Below, piece after piece: positions 52,372 to 62,340 of a stretch of DNA of 64,000 bases. The first letter of the stretch is position 1, and every line of letters starts with the position of its first letter. Position numbers and translations under genes: made by a program. The DNA is taken from positions 320,001 to 384,000 of the forward strand of contig OZ243972.1 of the NCBI GenBank assembly GCA_965214705.1, written 5' to 3'. The DNA is from Alphaproteobacteria bacterium (GTDB taxonomy: Bacteria > Pseudomonadota > Alphaproteobacteria > UBA828). Below the pieces are notes generated by a model. It had not been told where the DNA came from, did no database searches, and saw only the letters and a program-made list of their open reading frames with translations.

Positions 52372-54581
52372 AAGGGAGTGCCCTCCGCAATGCGCGAGTA
52401 ATCCTGCTGCATTTGCCGTGGTTGGCACTGCTGGGCTGGCTGGCCAGCGTGTCTTGGTTCCTGACGGACGACGCCTTCATCAGCTTCCGCTACGTCCGCA
52501 ACCTTCTGGAGGGTCACGGCCTGGTATTCAACCCCGGCGAAATTGTCGAAGGCTATTCCAACTTCCTGTGGGTGTTGGAACTCGCCGCGATATGGGCATT
52601 GTCGGGAGTCGCGCCGGAGGTCGCGGCCCCGTGGCTGTCCGTCGCGTTCACCGCCGGCACTATCGCCGCAGTGATGTGGTGGATCGCTCGCCTGCCGGGG
52701 CTACGCCATCGGGGTCTGGTCGCATGGATGGCTCTCGGCCTCGTGTGCTCCAGCGGCACCTTCGCGGTGTGGACGTCCGGCGGCGGGCTGGAGACGCGGC
52801 AGTTCACCTTCTTCATCGTCCTGGCCGTGATGTGCCTGAGCCTTTACCGGGACAGCCGCCGAGGCCTGCTGGCGGCGTCGTTGAGCCTGGCCGCCGCCGC
52901 CTTGACGCGGCCCGAAGGCCCGCTGATAGCGGCCTTGTGTTTCGGCTGGTTCGTTATCCAGCGGATGGCAGACACGGGGCGCCTGAAGCCGGACTGGCGC
53001 TGGCTGGTCTGCCTGATCGGGCCTTTCCTCGTCCTGGTCTCCGCCCATTTTCTGTGGCGCTACGCCTATTATGGCGAGTGGCTGCCCAACACCTACTACG
53101 CCAAGCATGTGCGGCCGTGGTACGAGTCGGGCTTCCGCTATCTGTGGGCGGCGGCGGTTGAGACGGGGCTGTATCTGCTGATCCCCCTGGCCGCTGTCAC
53201 CATGCGGAACCGCTGGCGAGCGTCCCGCGACGGGACAGGTGCCCTAGTGCTGCTATTGGTCGGCGTCCACATGGCCTATGTGATGCGTATCGGCGGCGAC
53301 CATTTCGAGTACCGCCCGCTGGACTTCTACTGGCCGCTACTGGCTGTCCCGGCTTCCATGGGAATCGTACACCTCGGCTCGAGGATTGCCGCCGGTCGGT
53401 GGTTACGAAAGTCCCCCCCCCCCCCCCCGCGTTCGGCAGCAGGTATGCGGATGTGCGCAATCGCTCTCTTCGTGCCGGTGTTGTTCTACACCAGTACGAT
53501 TCAGGGCACCCTGTTATTCGAGGGGGCCGCAATTCGCGAACGCATCCTGAAGTTGCACATAGAACTCGATGACGACAGCGCTGGGTGGTTACTCGCCGTG
53601 CCGGGGATGCCGATGCTTGTCGCCGTCTCAAACGACTTGCGCCGCCAAGCTGCCCAGCAGTCCGTCGCGTCGCCTTTTGCGGAACACCGCGAGTTCGCCA
53701 ACTCGCAATTGCGGACATGGAAACCATACGAGAACATGGAGAGAGGAGTGATTCCCGATGACGCGCTGATGGCTGGCGGCGGGCTCGGAATCCGCTTCTA
53801 TTATCTTCCCGACCTGAAGGTCATCGACATATTCGGCTTGACCGACGCGACGGTGGCGCGCAACCCGGTCACAAGACCCAACCACCAGCGTGTCATCGCC
53901 CACGACCGTCAACCACCTCCCGGATACCTCGAAGAACGGGGCGTCAACTTCACTATACACCCCGCAGCACCCAGCGCATCCAGGGCACTTCGCCGCGCGG
54001 CATACGCCGTGAGGGTCGGCCCGGATCTGTGGATGCCCTTCGACTCCTCCGACCGGCAGTGGGTCTTGGACCGTTTTTCCGGTCGAGACTTGCGCGCCCT
54101 CGTCTTCGACGAGCGGTTTCTCGGACGCTTCGAAGATGGCTTCGACGGCTGGCTTCTGGAAGGCGAAGCAGTCACGGTTCATGATCAACATGAACGCTAC
54201 AGAGGCCAGCAGCCGATCAGCGGCAACGTGGGCCGAGCGTTCCTAACGAGTTACCATCCCGACAAGGGAGACCGAGCCACCGGACGGGCGCTCTCGCCTG
54301 CGTTCGCCGCCGAGTCCGACCAGTATCTTATATTCCTGATCGCCGGAGGCGTGGGCAGCGGCGTCGGGTTACGCCTGTTGGCCGACGGCGGCGAAGCCGC
54401 GGTCTGGCGTGGCGAGAACACCGAGCGGTTCAGGCGGGTCATCTTCCCCTTGGCCGACGTCGCCGGCCAGCGTCTGCAACTGGAGCTGTTCGACGACGAA
54501 ACCGGCGGCTGGGGCCACATCATGCTCGACCAAGTCATGCTGGTGCGGCAACAATCCGAAGAGCCATCGGAGGAGCCTTAG
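52368..54581 (+). CDS. AftB-like GT-C glycosyltransferase with C-terminal CBM-like domain
   Basis: [12 protein letters not shown]...[36 protein letters not shown]; C16 tract at 53413-53428. Confidence 0.8.
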   Translation: MKGSALRNARVILLHLPWLALLGWLASVSWFLTDDAFISFRYVRNLLEGHGLVFNPGEIVEGYSNFLWVLELAAIWALSGVAPEVAAPWLSVAFTAGTIAAVMWWIARLPGLRHRGLVAWMALGLVCSSGTFAVWTSGGGLETRQFTFFIVLAVMCLSLYRDSRRGLLAASLSLAAAALTRPEGPLIAALCFGWFVIQRMADTGRLKPDWRWLVCLIGPFLVLVSAHFLWRYAYYGEWLPNTYYAKHVRPWYESGFRYLWAAAVETGLYLLIPLAAVTMRNRWRASRDGTGALVLLLVGVHMAYVMRIGGDHFEYRPLDFYWPLLAVPASMGIVHLGSRIAAGRWLRKSPPPPPRSAAGMRMCAIALFVPVLFYTSTIQGTLLFEGAAIRERILKLHIELDDDSAGWLLAVPGMPMLVAVSNDLRRQAAQQSVASPFAEHREFANSQLRTWKPYENMERGVIPDDALMAGGGLGIRFYYLPDLKVIDIFGLTDATVARNPVTRPNHQRVIAHDRQPPPGYLEERGVNFTIHPAAPSASRALRRAAYAVRVGPDLWMPFDSSDRQWVLDRFSGRDLRALVFDERFLGRFEDGFDGWLLEGEAVTVHDQHERYRGQQPISGNVGRAFLTSYHPDKGDRATGRALSPAFAAESDQYLIFLIAGGVGSGVGLRLLADGGEAAVWRGENTERFRRVIFPLADVAGQRLQLELFDDETGGWGHIMLDQVMLVRQQSEEPSEEP

Positions 54582-54696
54582 TGTGCCCTCGCCTGATCGC
54601 GGCAACCGGCAGCGGCCAGCGGACACCCAGCGAGGACCACGCTTGGAGGAGCGGCTTCGATCTCGTCGAAACGGCGAGCGGCGCGAAAACCCTGCC

Positions 54697-55443
54697 ATGA
54701 ACAGCGCGGTCGAAACAGCGCTGGTGATCGGCGCCACATCGGACATTGGCCGCGCCATCGCTCACACGATGGCGGACGGGGGCTGCGCGTTGCAGCTCGC
54801 GGCGCGCGACCCGGCGCGGCTGGAGCGGGAAGCGCGTGACATCCGGGTGCGCAAGGGGGCAGCCGTAGCCGCGCACCACTGCGACGTGCTCGATGAAGAC
54901 GGCGGCGTCTCGCTGCTCGATGAGCTCGATCCCCTGCCCGACGTGGCGGTGTGCGTCGTCGGGTTGCTCGGCGATCAGGCGGAAAGTCAGCGGGACGCCA
55001 ACGCCGCCGGGCCAGTGATGCGGACGAACTATATCGGTCCCGCGCTGCTGATGGGGGCGCTCGCCGAGCGCTTCGAGCAGCGTGGCGGCGGCATCCTGGT
55101 CGGTGTCAGCTCGGTGGCCGGCGACCGCGGGCGTGCATCGAACTACGTCTATGGCTCGGCGAAGGCGGGGTTCACCGCGTTCCTCTCCGGTCTGCGCGGC
55201 CGACTGGTTGCCTCCGGCGTCCACGTGGTGACGGTCAAGCCGGGCTTCGTGCGCACACGCATGACCGACGGGATGGACCTGCCGGCCCGGCTGACCGCTA
55301 ACCCCGAGGAGGTCGCCACGGTGGTCGTCGAAGCGATCCGCCGACGCCGCGACGTCGTTTACGTACGCCACGCCTGGCGCCCGATCATGTTCGTTATACG
55401 CGCTATTCCTGAGCGCCTGTTCAAGCGGATGAAGCGCCTGTGA
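54697..55443 (+). CDS. DprE2-like short-chain dehydrogenase
   Basis: IGATSDIG, SSVAGDRGRASNYVYGSAKAG, KPGFVRTRMT. Confidence 0.88.
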   Translation: MNSAVETALVIGATSDIGRAIAHTMADGGCALQLAARDPARLEREARDIRVRKGAAVAAHHCDVLDEDGGVSLLDELDPLPDVAVCVVGLLGDQAESQRDANAAGPVMRTNYIGPALLMGALAERFEQRGGGILVGVSSVAGDRGRASNYVYGSAKAGFTAFLSGLRGRLVASGVHVVTVKPGFVRTRMTDGMDLPARLTANPEEVATVVVEAIRRRRDVVYVRHAWRPIMFVIRAIPERLFKRMKRL

Positions 55444-55670
55444 AGAATTCACAATCCATCAGTCCATGGCGATTGCTTCTCGGCGGCGCTGCAAATTTGA
55501 TCTCGAATTCCGACCATGTGGAGTTGGTCGCACCTGGGGATTGGACGTGTCACCCAAAGGGCTGGAACGCTCGGAGGAGCCGCCGAACGGCTTGATGCGT
55601 CGTAGCCGCAAGTGCCCAGTTCCACCATTGGTGGGTATCGCGAGGAAAGCTGCACCGATACTCGAAGCCA

Positions 55671-56831
55671 TCAACAGTCTACGTTGACCCCACTGCAATC
55701 CAATGCGGACGCAATTGCCGCACCGATGCGTTCCGCCGCCGCCTCGGTCTCACGGTCGCCGACGTGAGCGTAGCGCAGCGTCATGCTTGGGCGCTTGTGG
55801 CCGAGCAGGCGCGAGACGACGGGCAAGGGGATGCCTTGCATCACGGCGTGGCTGGCGAACGTGTGTCGCAAGTCGTGAAGGCGCACGTCTTCGATTCCGA
55901 TTTCCCTGCGCACTAGGTACCAGAGCGGCAGGTGGGACGACAGCGGCCGCGTCGGATCGAACGGCGAGGGAAAGACATACGCGCTTCCGGTTCGCAGCTG
56001 CCGCTCCAGGATGGCGCGCGCGGGCGCATTCAGGACGACCCGCCGCGGCCCGGACTTGGCATCCGCGAGATTGAGCGCGTCCCCGTCGATGTCCTGCCGA
56101 CGCATGGTCACGATCTCGTTCTTGCGGCAGCCGGTCAGCAGGAGAAGGCGGATGATGTCCGCCTGCCGTGCGCGCGACGGCCGCGCGCCGGCATGGTGGT
56201 CCAGCGCGCGGTGAAGGCGCTGGATCTCCTCGCGCGAGAGGAAGCGGGTTAGCTTCGGGCGCGGATTCCGCTTCACGCAGCTGGCCGGGTTCGTGTCGAG
56301 ATGCCCGCACGCGACGGCCTGGTTCAGTATCCGGCGGAGCAGGCCCAACGCCTGGTTGGCCCCGCCCGGCGCGGTCCGGCTGTACTCGCCGAACCAGCGG
56401 TGCACATTCGCGGGGGCGATCCGGTCCAGCGGCGACGGGCCGAAGGCCGGAAGCAAGTGCCTCCGCAAGACCCAGTTCGCTCTCTTCCGCGCCGAAGGCT
56501 TGAGATTGTCGAGCCGCGCCTTCACCGGACCTGCGACGAAATCCCCGAACGTCGGCACCGCTCCCCGTTCCGGCCGCCCGGACCGTGCTGCGGTCTCCAG
56601 GGTGAGGCACTTGGCGCGCGCTTCCTCGACGCCCATCAGGGCCGCAGGCGCGAGGGTCATCCTGCGCGCGCCGCCCTCGCCCTTCCGGCAATAGACGTAG
56701 CTGCGGTGTCCCGAGGGCCGGACCCGCACGCCGAGGCCGGCATGGCGGGTGTCCCAGACCGTGTACTCGCGCGCCGCCGGCGTCAGCCAAGCCACGTTGG
56801 CGTCGGTCAGACGCTTCCTCTTCCCGGCCAT
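55671..56831 (-). CDS. intB of element B: intact tyrosine recombinase with arm-binding-type N-terminus
   Basis: TVWD...GLGVRV; LTGCRKNE, K, HDLRH, LGH, LRY. Confidence 0.92.
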   Translation of the reverse strand: MAGKRKRLTDANVAWLTPAAREYTVWDTRHAGLGVRVRPSGHRSYVYCRKGEGGARRMTLAPAALMGVEEARAKCLTLETAARSGRPERGAVPTFGDFVAGPVKARLDNLKPSARKRANWVLRRHLLPAFGPSPLDRIAPANVHRWFGEYSRTAPGGANQALGLLRRILNQAVACGHLDTNPASCVKRNPRPKLTRFLSREEIQRLHRALDHHAGARPSRARQADIIRLLLLTGCRKNEIVTMRRQDIDGDALNLADAKSGPRRVVLNAPARAILERQLRTGSAYVFPSPFDPTRPLSSHLPLWYLVRREIGIEDVRLHDLRHTFASHAVMQGIPLPVVSRLLGHKRPSMTLRYAHVGDRETEAAAERIGAAIASALDCSGVNVDC

Positions 56832-57051
56832 GCGTCAGCCCTCAAGGACAGCGCCGACGGCCTCGGCCGCCTCGCGCACCATGGCGTCGGACAAATGCAA
56901 GTATTTCAGCGTCGTTGCCGGATCGCGGTGCCCGAGAAGACAGCCGATGGTCAGCACCGTCGTAAGCGGTATCGAGGCCCCATACTTCCAACGCATCTGA
57001 TTTCGCGGCTGACTCTTGGCCTTGGCAAGGAGCCTTGGAGGAGGCATCGCG

Positions 57052-57654
57052 ATGAAGGATTTGGATTTTCTGCGTGGCCACGAGTTCGGCGGTCACTCGG
57101 TCGAGGCGCGAGCGCCTGAAGAGGCCGCCCCATCTGCCGCAGCCCCATCTACGGCAACTGTTCCGGCTGATCACACTCGGCGGTCATGGTCCGCCGAGGA
57201 GAAGGCACGGATCGTCGCGGAGAGCGACAGGCCGGGAGTTGTGCAGAAGGAGGTCGCGGCTCGCCACGGCATCAGCGCACAAACTCTTCGTCAGTGGCGC
57301 AGTCGGTCAGCGGCTTCCGGGAAGCGGCGTGGCCGGCCTTGGCCGGCTGATGTGAAGGCGCGGATTGTTGCGGAGAGCGAGCGCCCGGATGCATCGATAT
57401 CGGCAGTTGCCCGCCGTCACGGCATCAGCGAGAAGACGCTGCGCACCTGGCGTCGCCAGGCGGCGAGTGACGCTGGTGGCGATCGGCAGGGAGCCGGGTC
57501 TTCGCCCCCCTATATTCCGGTTGTAGTTGACGGGTCTGCGTCCGAGCGGACGGTCGCGATTGAGGCGCTGGGCGTCGTCGTTCGCCTTCCGGTGGAGAGC
57601 GCGGTCGATCGGATCGTGGCTGTGGCCTCGGGCCTGGGTCGTGCGTCGTCATGA
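57052..57654 (+). CDS. tnpA: IS66 TnpA with a duplicated HTH domain
   Basis: Two KARIVAES...VA.RHGIS..TLR.WR units. Confidence 0.85.
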   Translation: MKDLDFLRGHEFGGHSVEARAPEEAAPSAAAPSTATVPADHTRRSWSAEEKARIVAESDRPGVVQKEVAARHGISAQTLRQWRSRSAASGKRRGRPWPADVKARIVAESERPDASISAVARRHGISEKTLRTWRRQAASDAGGDRQGAGSSPPYIPVVVDGSASERTVAIEALGVVVRLPVESAVDRIVAVASGLGRASS

Positions 57655-58001
57655 TCGCGGTGCCCTCGCTTCGCATCGTGTTGGCGACGCGTCCGGTTGA
57701 TTTTCGTCGCGGCCACGACGCGCTTGCGGCGACGGCGGCGAGGGAGCTGGACCTCGATATCTATTCCGGGGTGATCGTGATCTTCCGCTCGCGCCGCGGG
57801 GACAGGCTCAAGCTTCTCACCTGGGACGGGACCGGTCTGGTGATGACCTACAAGCGTCTGGAGCAAGGCCGCTTCGCCTGGCCCCGGATCGAGGACGGTG
57901 TGATTCGCCTTACGAAGGGCCAGTTCGAGGCTCTCTTCGAGGGCCTCGACTGGCGCCGGGTGAAGGCCCGCCCGGTTCGCCGCCCGCTGGCGGCGGAGTG
58001 A
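57651..58001 (+). CDS. tnpB: IS66 accessory protein TnpB
   Basis: PVDFRRG, DRLKLLTWDGTG, KRLEQGRF. Confidence 0.92.
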   Translation: MIAVPSLRIVLATRPVDFRRGHDALAATAARELDLDIYSGVIVIFRSRRGDRLKLLTWDGTGLVMTYKRLEQGRFAWPRIEDGVIRLTKGQFEALFEGLDWRRVKARPVRRPLAAE

Positions 58002-58094
58002 GGCGAGACGCAGGCGGGTCCGCAGATTTTTGTCGAGGTCCCGCCTGCACTTTTCCCTGGTCACGCATTGGCGAATCGGATTAAGGGATCGGCC

Positions 58095-59810
58095 ATGCCG
58101 AAGGTCACGCCCTCACCCCTCAGCAGCGCCGGTTCGCCGTCGCCTGCGGTGGTTTCGGCGGCGCTGGCGACCCTGCAGGCGGAGCTTGCCGAGGAGCGCG
58201 CGGCGCGCCGTGCGACCGAAGCAGCCCTATGCGAAGCGGAGCAGGCACGCGGCGCGGCGGAGGCGGCGAGGCAGACGGCGGAAGCGCGGGCGGCACGGCT
58301 GGAGGCCGAGAACGCGCACAGCGCGGAGCAGATCAGCCGGCTTGAGCATCTCAACAAGGAGCTCAGGAAGGCGCTGTTCGGTCCGCGCTCCGAGAAGCTC
58401 AACGAGGACGAGCGCCAGCTTACGTTCGAGGAGTTTTGGGCGGCGATCGCTGAAGCCGGCGGTCGGCCCGAGGCAGATGACCAGGAGCAGGACGAGGGGG
58501 CTGGCGGCAAGCGCCGGCGGCGCTCTTCCCGGGGGTCGCGCAGCGGGGTGCGCTTCGGGCCCCAGGTCGACCGGCGCGAGGAGGTGATCGAGCCGGACAC
58601 GATCATGTGCCCCTGCGGCTGCGGCGAGATGACGAAGATCGGCGAGGACCGCAGCGAGCGGCTGGACTATGAGCCGGCGAAGTTCACCGTCATCGAGACC
58701 GTGCGCCCCCGCTACGCCTGCAACAAGTGCAAGGGCGGCGGGGTGGTGCAGGCGTCGGCGCCCGCCTCTCTGGTGGAGGGCGGCCTTCCCACCGAGGCTC
58801 TTCTGGCGCAGGTGCTGATCGCGAAGTACGGCGATCATTGCCCGCTCTACCGTCAGTCGCAGATTTACGAGCGCTCGGGGATCGAGGTTCACCGTGCGAC
58901 GCTGGCGACGTGGGTGGGGCAGGCGTCGTTTCACCTGCGCCCCGTGGTCGCTTGCCTGAAGGATGAGCTGAAGAAGTCGGATCACCTGGGTCTGGACGAG
59001 ACCACGATCCGCGTTCTCGACCCGGGCCGGGGCAAGACGAAGACGGGCTACATGTGGACCCTTGTGCGCGACGAGCGCCACTGGAGCGGCGCCGACCCGC
59101 CGGGCGTTGTCTATCGCTATGAGCCCGGTCGCGGCGGCAAGTATGGCGCCAGGCTCTTGAAGGGCTTTTCGGGGACGGTGCAGCTCGACGCCTACTCGGG
59201 CCACAACATCCTGGCGCGGCCGGACCGGCCCGGCGGCCCCGTGACGCGGGCTCTGTGCTGGGCGCACGTCAGGCGCAAGCTGAAAGAGGTGTACGACTCG
59301 AGCGCCTCGCCGATCGCGCTGGCTGGCCTGAAGCGGATCGCGACGCTCTATGCGATCGAGGAGAAGATCCGGGGCGAGCCGCCGGCGACGCGTCAGGCGA
59401 TCCGCTGGGAGGAGTCGGCGCCGATCGTGAACGCCTTCGGTGTCTGGCTCGACGAACAGCGCTCGCGGGTCTCACCGCGCTCGCGTCTCGGCGAGAAGCT
59501 CACCTATATCGCCAACCAGTGGGACGGGCTGCTGGAGTTCCTGCACGACGGCCGCGTCGAGATCGACTCGAACCTGGTGGAAAACCGAATCCGCCCGCTG
59601 AAGCTCACCGCCAAGAATGCGCTCTTCGCCGGCAACGACGAGGGTGCGCAAGCCTGGGCCCGCATCGCATCGCTGATCGAGACCTGCAAGATGAACGGCG
59701 TCGAGCCTTACGCCTGGATGCGGAGCACGCTCGAGAAGATCGCCAAGGGTCACCCGCAGTCCAAAATCCAGGAACTGCTGCCGTGGAACTTCGAGCCCGA
59801 GACAAATTGA
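58095..59810 (+). CDS. tnpC: IS66 transposase TnpC
   Basis: FGPRSEK, PLYRQ, DETT, DAYSG, CWAHVRRK, IDSNLVENRIR, ELLPWN. Confidence 0.93.
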   Translation: MPKVTPSPLSSAGSPSPAVVSAALATLQAELAEERAARRATEAALCEAEQARGAAEAARQTAEARAARLEAENAHSAEQISRLEHLNKELRKALFGPRSEKLNEDERQLTFEEFWAAIAEAGGRPEADDQEQDEGAGGKRRRRSSRGSRSGVRFGPQVDRREEVIEPDTIMCPCGCGEMTKIGEDRSERLDYEPAKFTVIETVRPRYACNKCKGGGVVQASAPASLVEGGLPTEALLAQVLIAKYGDHCPLYRQSQIYERSGIEVHRATLATWVGQASFHLRPVVACLKDELKKSDHLGLDETTIRVLDPGRGKTKTGYMWTLVRDERHWSGADPPGVVYRYEPGRGGKYGARLLKGFSGTVQLDAYSGHNILARPDRPGGPVTRALCWAHVRRKLKEVYDSSASPIALAGLKRIATLYAIEEKIRGEPPATRQAIRWEESAPIVNAFGVWLDEQRSRVSPRSRLGEKLTYIANQWDGLLEFLHDGRVEIDSNLVENRIRPLKLTAKNALFAGNDEGAQAWARIASLIETCKMNGVEPYAWMRSTLEKIAKGHPQSKIQELLPWNFEPETN

Positions 59811-61093
59811 CTCGCGCGCTCACGGCGCTCCTCAACAAGTCCCCCTCGTAGTCAACCCAGATTCCGGCATGGGGTCTGCGTAACGCTTACGCACCGTCTC
59901 GCCCCGCACCAGGGCCGTGCTGGCGTACGTATGTCGAAGGTCGTGAAGGCGGACGTCGCACAGGTCCGCTTCCGCCCTCACGCGATGCCAAGACTTGCCG
60001 ACACCGACCGTGTGCAGGAAGCCGTCGGACCGCGGCGAGGGGAAGACCCAGACGGACGTGCGGGGCAGGCCGTCGAGGATTGCGCGCGCGGCGGACGAGA
60101 GCCAGACCGTGCGCGGACCGGTCTTGGAATCGGGCAGGAACAGCTTGCCCTCGCGGTAGAAAGACCACTTCAGGGTGACGATCTCGCTCTTGCGGCATCC
60201 GGTGAGCAGCAGCAGGCGAATGATCGCCACGGCCAGCGGCCGGTCGGCCTCGTGGCGTGCCAGCACGGCGCCCAGCCGGCGCATCTCCGCGGCCGACAGG
60301 AAGCGCTCCCGCCCCTGGCGGCGGTACCGCCTGATGCCCGCGCACGGGTTGGTCCCCTCGGTCCGGTAGCCGTAGACCTCGGCTTGGCGCATGATGACCG
60401 AGAGGACTGGGGCCGAGCGGTCCGCCGCCACCGGGGTCACGTGGAGGGAGGCGAACCAGCGCTGGACGTCGTGCGCGGTGATGTCGGCGATCGGGCGCCC
60501 TTCGAAGCAGGGCAAAATCTGGTTGCGGTAGTAGTAGCGGTTGACCTTGAGCGTCGATGGTTTCCAGTTTCGGGCATAGCGGTGGAAGACTTCATCGGCG
60601 ACCGTCTCGAACGGGATGTCCGGCGCCGCTGTGGCATCGCCGCCGTTGCCCTTGCGGACCGAGGCCACCAGGGTCCTGGCCCGGTCGCGGGCCTCGTCGG
60701 CGCCGATGGCCCCGGCCTGGCCGACGATCTTCCAGACCCGCCGGCCCTGGTGCTGGGTATGGACGAAGTAGCGTTTGGCGCCCGAGGGAAGGACCCTGAC
60801 GCCGAAGCCCTTGAGATCGCGGTCGCGCACGTCGTAGGCGGACTTGCGGGGCTTGAGCGCGTCGACGCGGTGTTCGTTGAGGCGAACCGTCGCCATGAAA
60901 CTCCTCCTGCGTTCTGTTGCAGCCGGGGAAGAACGCGGACCGATTCCGCGTCTTCCGGGCTTGACAGGAGGAAAAAAGCAACGCTATGTCAGTGCATTAG
61001 AACCGAAGGTGCGCCAGACGGTGTACTCGCGGGCCATCGGCGCCAGCCGGGCCACGTTGGCGTCGGTCAGACGCCGCCTCTTCACGGCCATGC

Positions 61094-62218
61094 CTAGCCC
61101 TCCAGGACGGCGCCGACGGTATCGACGGCCTCGAGCACTGTGAGGTCGGACATGTGTGTGTATTTCAGCGTCGTTGCCGGATCGCGGTGTCCGAGAAGAC
61201 GGCCGATCGTGAGCACCGTCTCACCCTGCGCGAGTGCCATGCTGGCGTACGAATGCCGCAGATCGTGAAGGCGGACGTCGCGCAGATCCGCTTCCGTTCT
61301 CACGCGACACCAGACCGCGCCGACTGCCCTTGCGCTCAGGAAGCCACCTGTTCTTGGCGAGGGGAAAACCCAGGCGGCTTCGCGGGGCAAGCCGTCCAGG
61401 ATTGCGCGCGCGGCGGACGACAGCCAGACCGTGCGCGGCCCGGACTTGCTGTCGGGCAGGAACAGCTTCCCCTCGCGGTAGAAGCGCCATTTCAGGGAGA
61501 TGACCTCGCCCTTGCGGCAGCCGGTCAGCAGCAGCAGGCGTATGATCGCCATGGCCTGAGGGCAGGCGGCTTCATGGCGTGCCAGCACATCGCCCAGACG
61601 GCGGAGTTCGGCGGTCGACAGGAAGCGCTCCCGCCCCTGGCGGCGGTATCGCCTGATGCCCGCGCACGGGTTGCTTCCCTCGGGCCGGTAGCCGTAGATC
61701 TCGGCCTGGCGCATGATGACGGACAGGACGGGAGCCGAGCGGTCCGCCGCCACCGGGGTCTCGTGAAGGGATGCGAACCAGTGCCGGACATCGCGGGCGG
61801 CGATGCCGGCGATCGGGCGTCCCTTGAACCAGGGCAGAATCTGGTTCCGGTAGTAGCCCTGGTTGACCTTGAGCGTCGACGGCTTCCAGTTCCGAGCGTA
61901 GCGCCGGAACACTTCGTCGCCGACCGTCTCGAACGGAGTGTCCGGCGGTGCTGCGGCTTCGTCGTCGTTGCCCTTGCGGATGGAGGCCACCAGGGTTCTG
62001 GCCCGTTCGCGGGCCTCGTCAACGCTGACGGAGCCGGCGCGGCCGACGATCTTCCAGACCCGCCGACCGTCGTGCTGAGCATGTACGAAGTAGCGCTTGG
62101 CGCCCGAGGGCAGGACCCTGACGCCGAAGCCCTTGAGATCGCGGTCACGGACATCGTAGGCGGCCTTGCGGGGCTTGAGCGCGTTGACACGGCGTTGGTT
62201 GAGGCGAACTCTTGCCAC
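61094..62218 (-). CDS. intA of element A: intact tyrosine recombinase with arm-binding-type N-terminus
   Basis: GTG after GGAGG; GFGVRV, LTGCRKGE, DSKSG, HDLRH, LGH, LKY. Confidence 0.92.
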   Translation of the reverse strand: MARVRLNQRRVNALKPRKAAYDVRDRDLKGFGVRVLPSGAKRYFVHAQHDGRRVWKIVGRAGSVSVDEARERARTLVASIRKGNDDEAAAPPDTPFETVGDEVFRRYARNWKPSTLKVNQGYYRNQILPWFKGRPIAGIAARDVRHWFASLHETPVAADRSAPVLSVIMRQAEIYGYRPEGSNPCAGIRRYRRQGRERFLSTAELRRLGDVLARHEAACPQAMAIIRLLLLTGCRKGEVISLKWRFYREGKLFLPDSKSGPRTVWLSSAARAILDGLPREAAWVFPSPRTGGFLSARAVGAVWCRVRTEADLRDVRLHDLRHSYASMALAQGETVLTIGRLLGHRDPATTLKYTHMSDLTVLEAVDTVGAVLEG

Positions 62219-62340
62219 AGATATTCCTCCTGCATTCACTGTTGCGGCCGGGGCGAAAACACGGACCGGTTCCGTGTTCTTCGGCCGAATCAGGAGGAGA
62301 AATGCAACGCTATGTCAGTGTGTTAGAACCGCAGGTGCGC

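Larger units (their letters stand above)
56962..59890 (+). mobile_element. Three-gene IS66-family element
   Basis: Ends GTAAGCG...CGCTTAC; 8-bp TSD GCACCGTC. Confidence 0.92.
56835..60896 (-). pseudogene. intA of element B, interrupted by IS66 (60896-59891 + 56953-56835)
   Basis: ...HDLRH...GETV | LTIGCLLGHRDPATTLKY; colinear with intact 61094-62218. Confidence 0.9.
45447..61014 (-). mobile_element. Element B: sister paired tyrosine-recombinase element (15.6 kb) inserted in intB of element A
   Basis: Ends GCACTA...GGTGCGC; 10-bp CAGACGGTGT on both sides; subterminal IR at 45482-45508/60964-60991; ~430-bp left end homologous to that of A. Confidence 0.87.
42581..61091 (-). pseudogene. intB of element A, in three pieces (61091-61015, 45436-45168, 43397-42581)
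   Basis: MAVKRRRLTDANVARLAPMAREYTVW | DTRQTGLGVRVR...KPSTQ | KTAAWILRAHL...HDLRH...LRYAH; colinear with intact 55671-56831. Confidence 0.88.
40465..62340 (-). mobile_element. Element A: paired tyrosine-recombinase integrative element (21.9 kb with nested elements)
   Basis: Ends GCACTA...GGTGCGC; 10-bp CGGGTGGTGT on both sides; subterminal IR at 40499-40524/62292-62318; removal rejoins the ISAs1 ORF. Confidence 0.85.
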
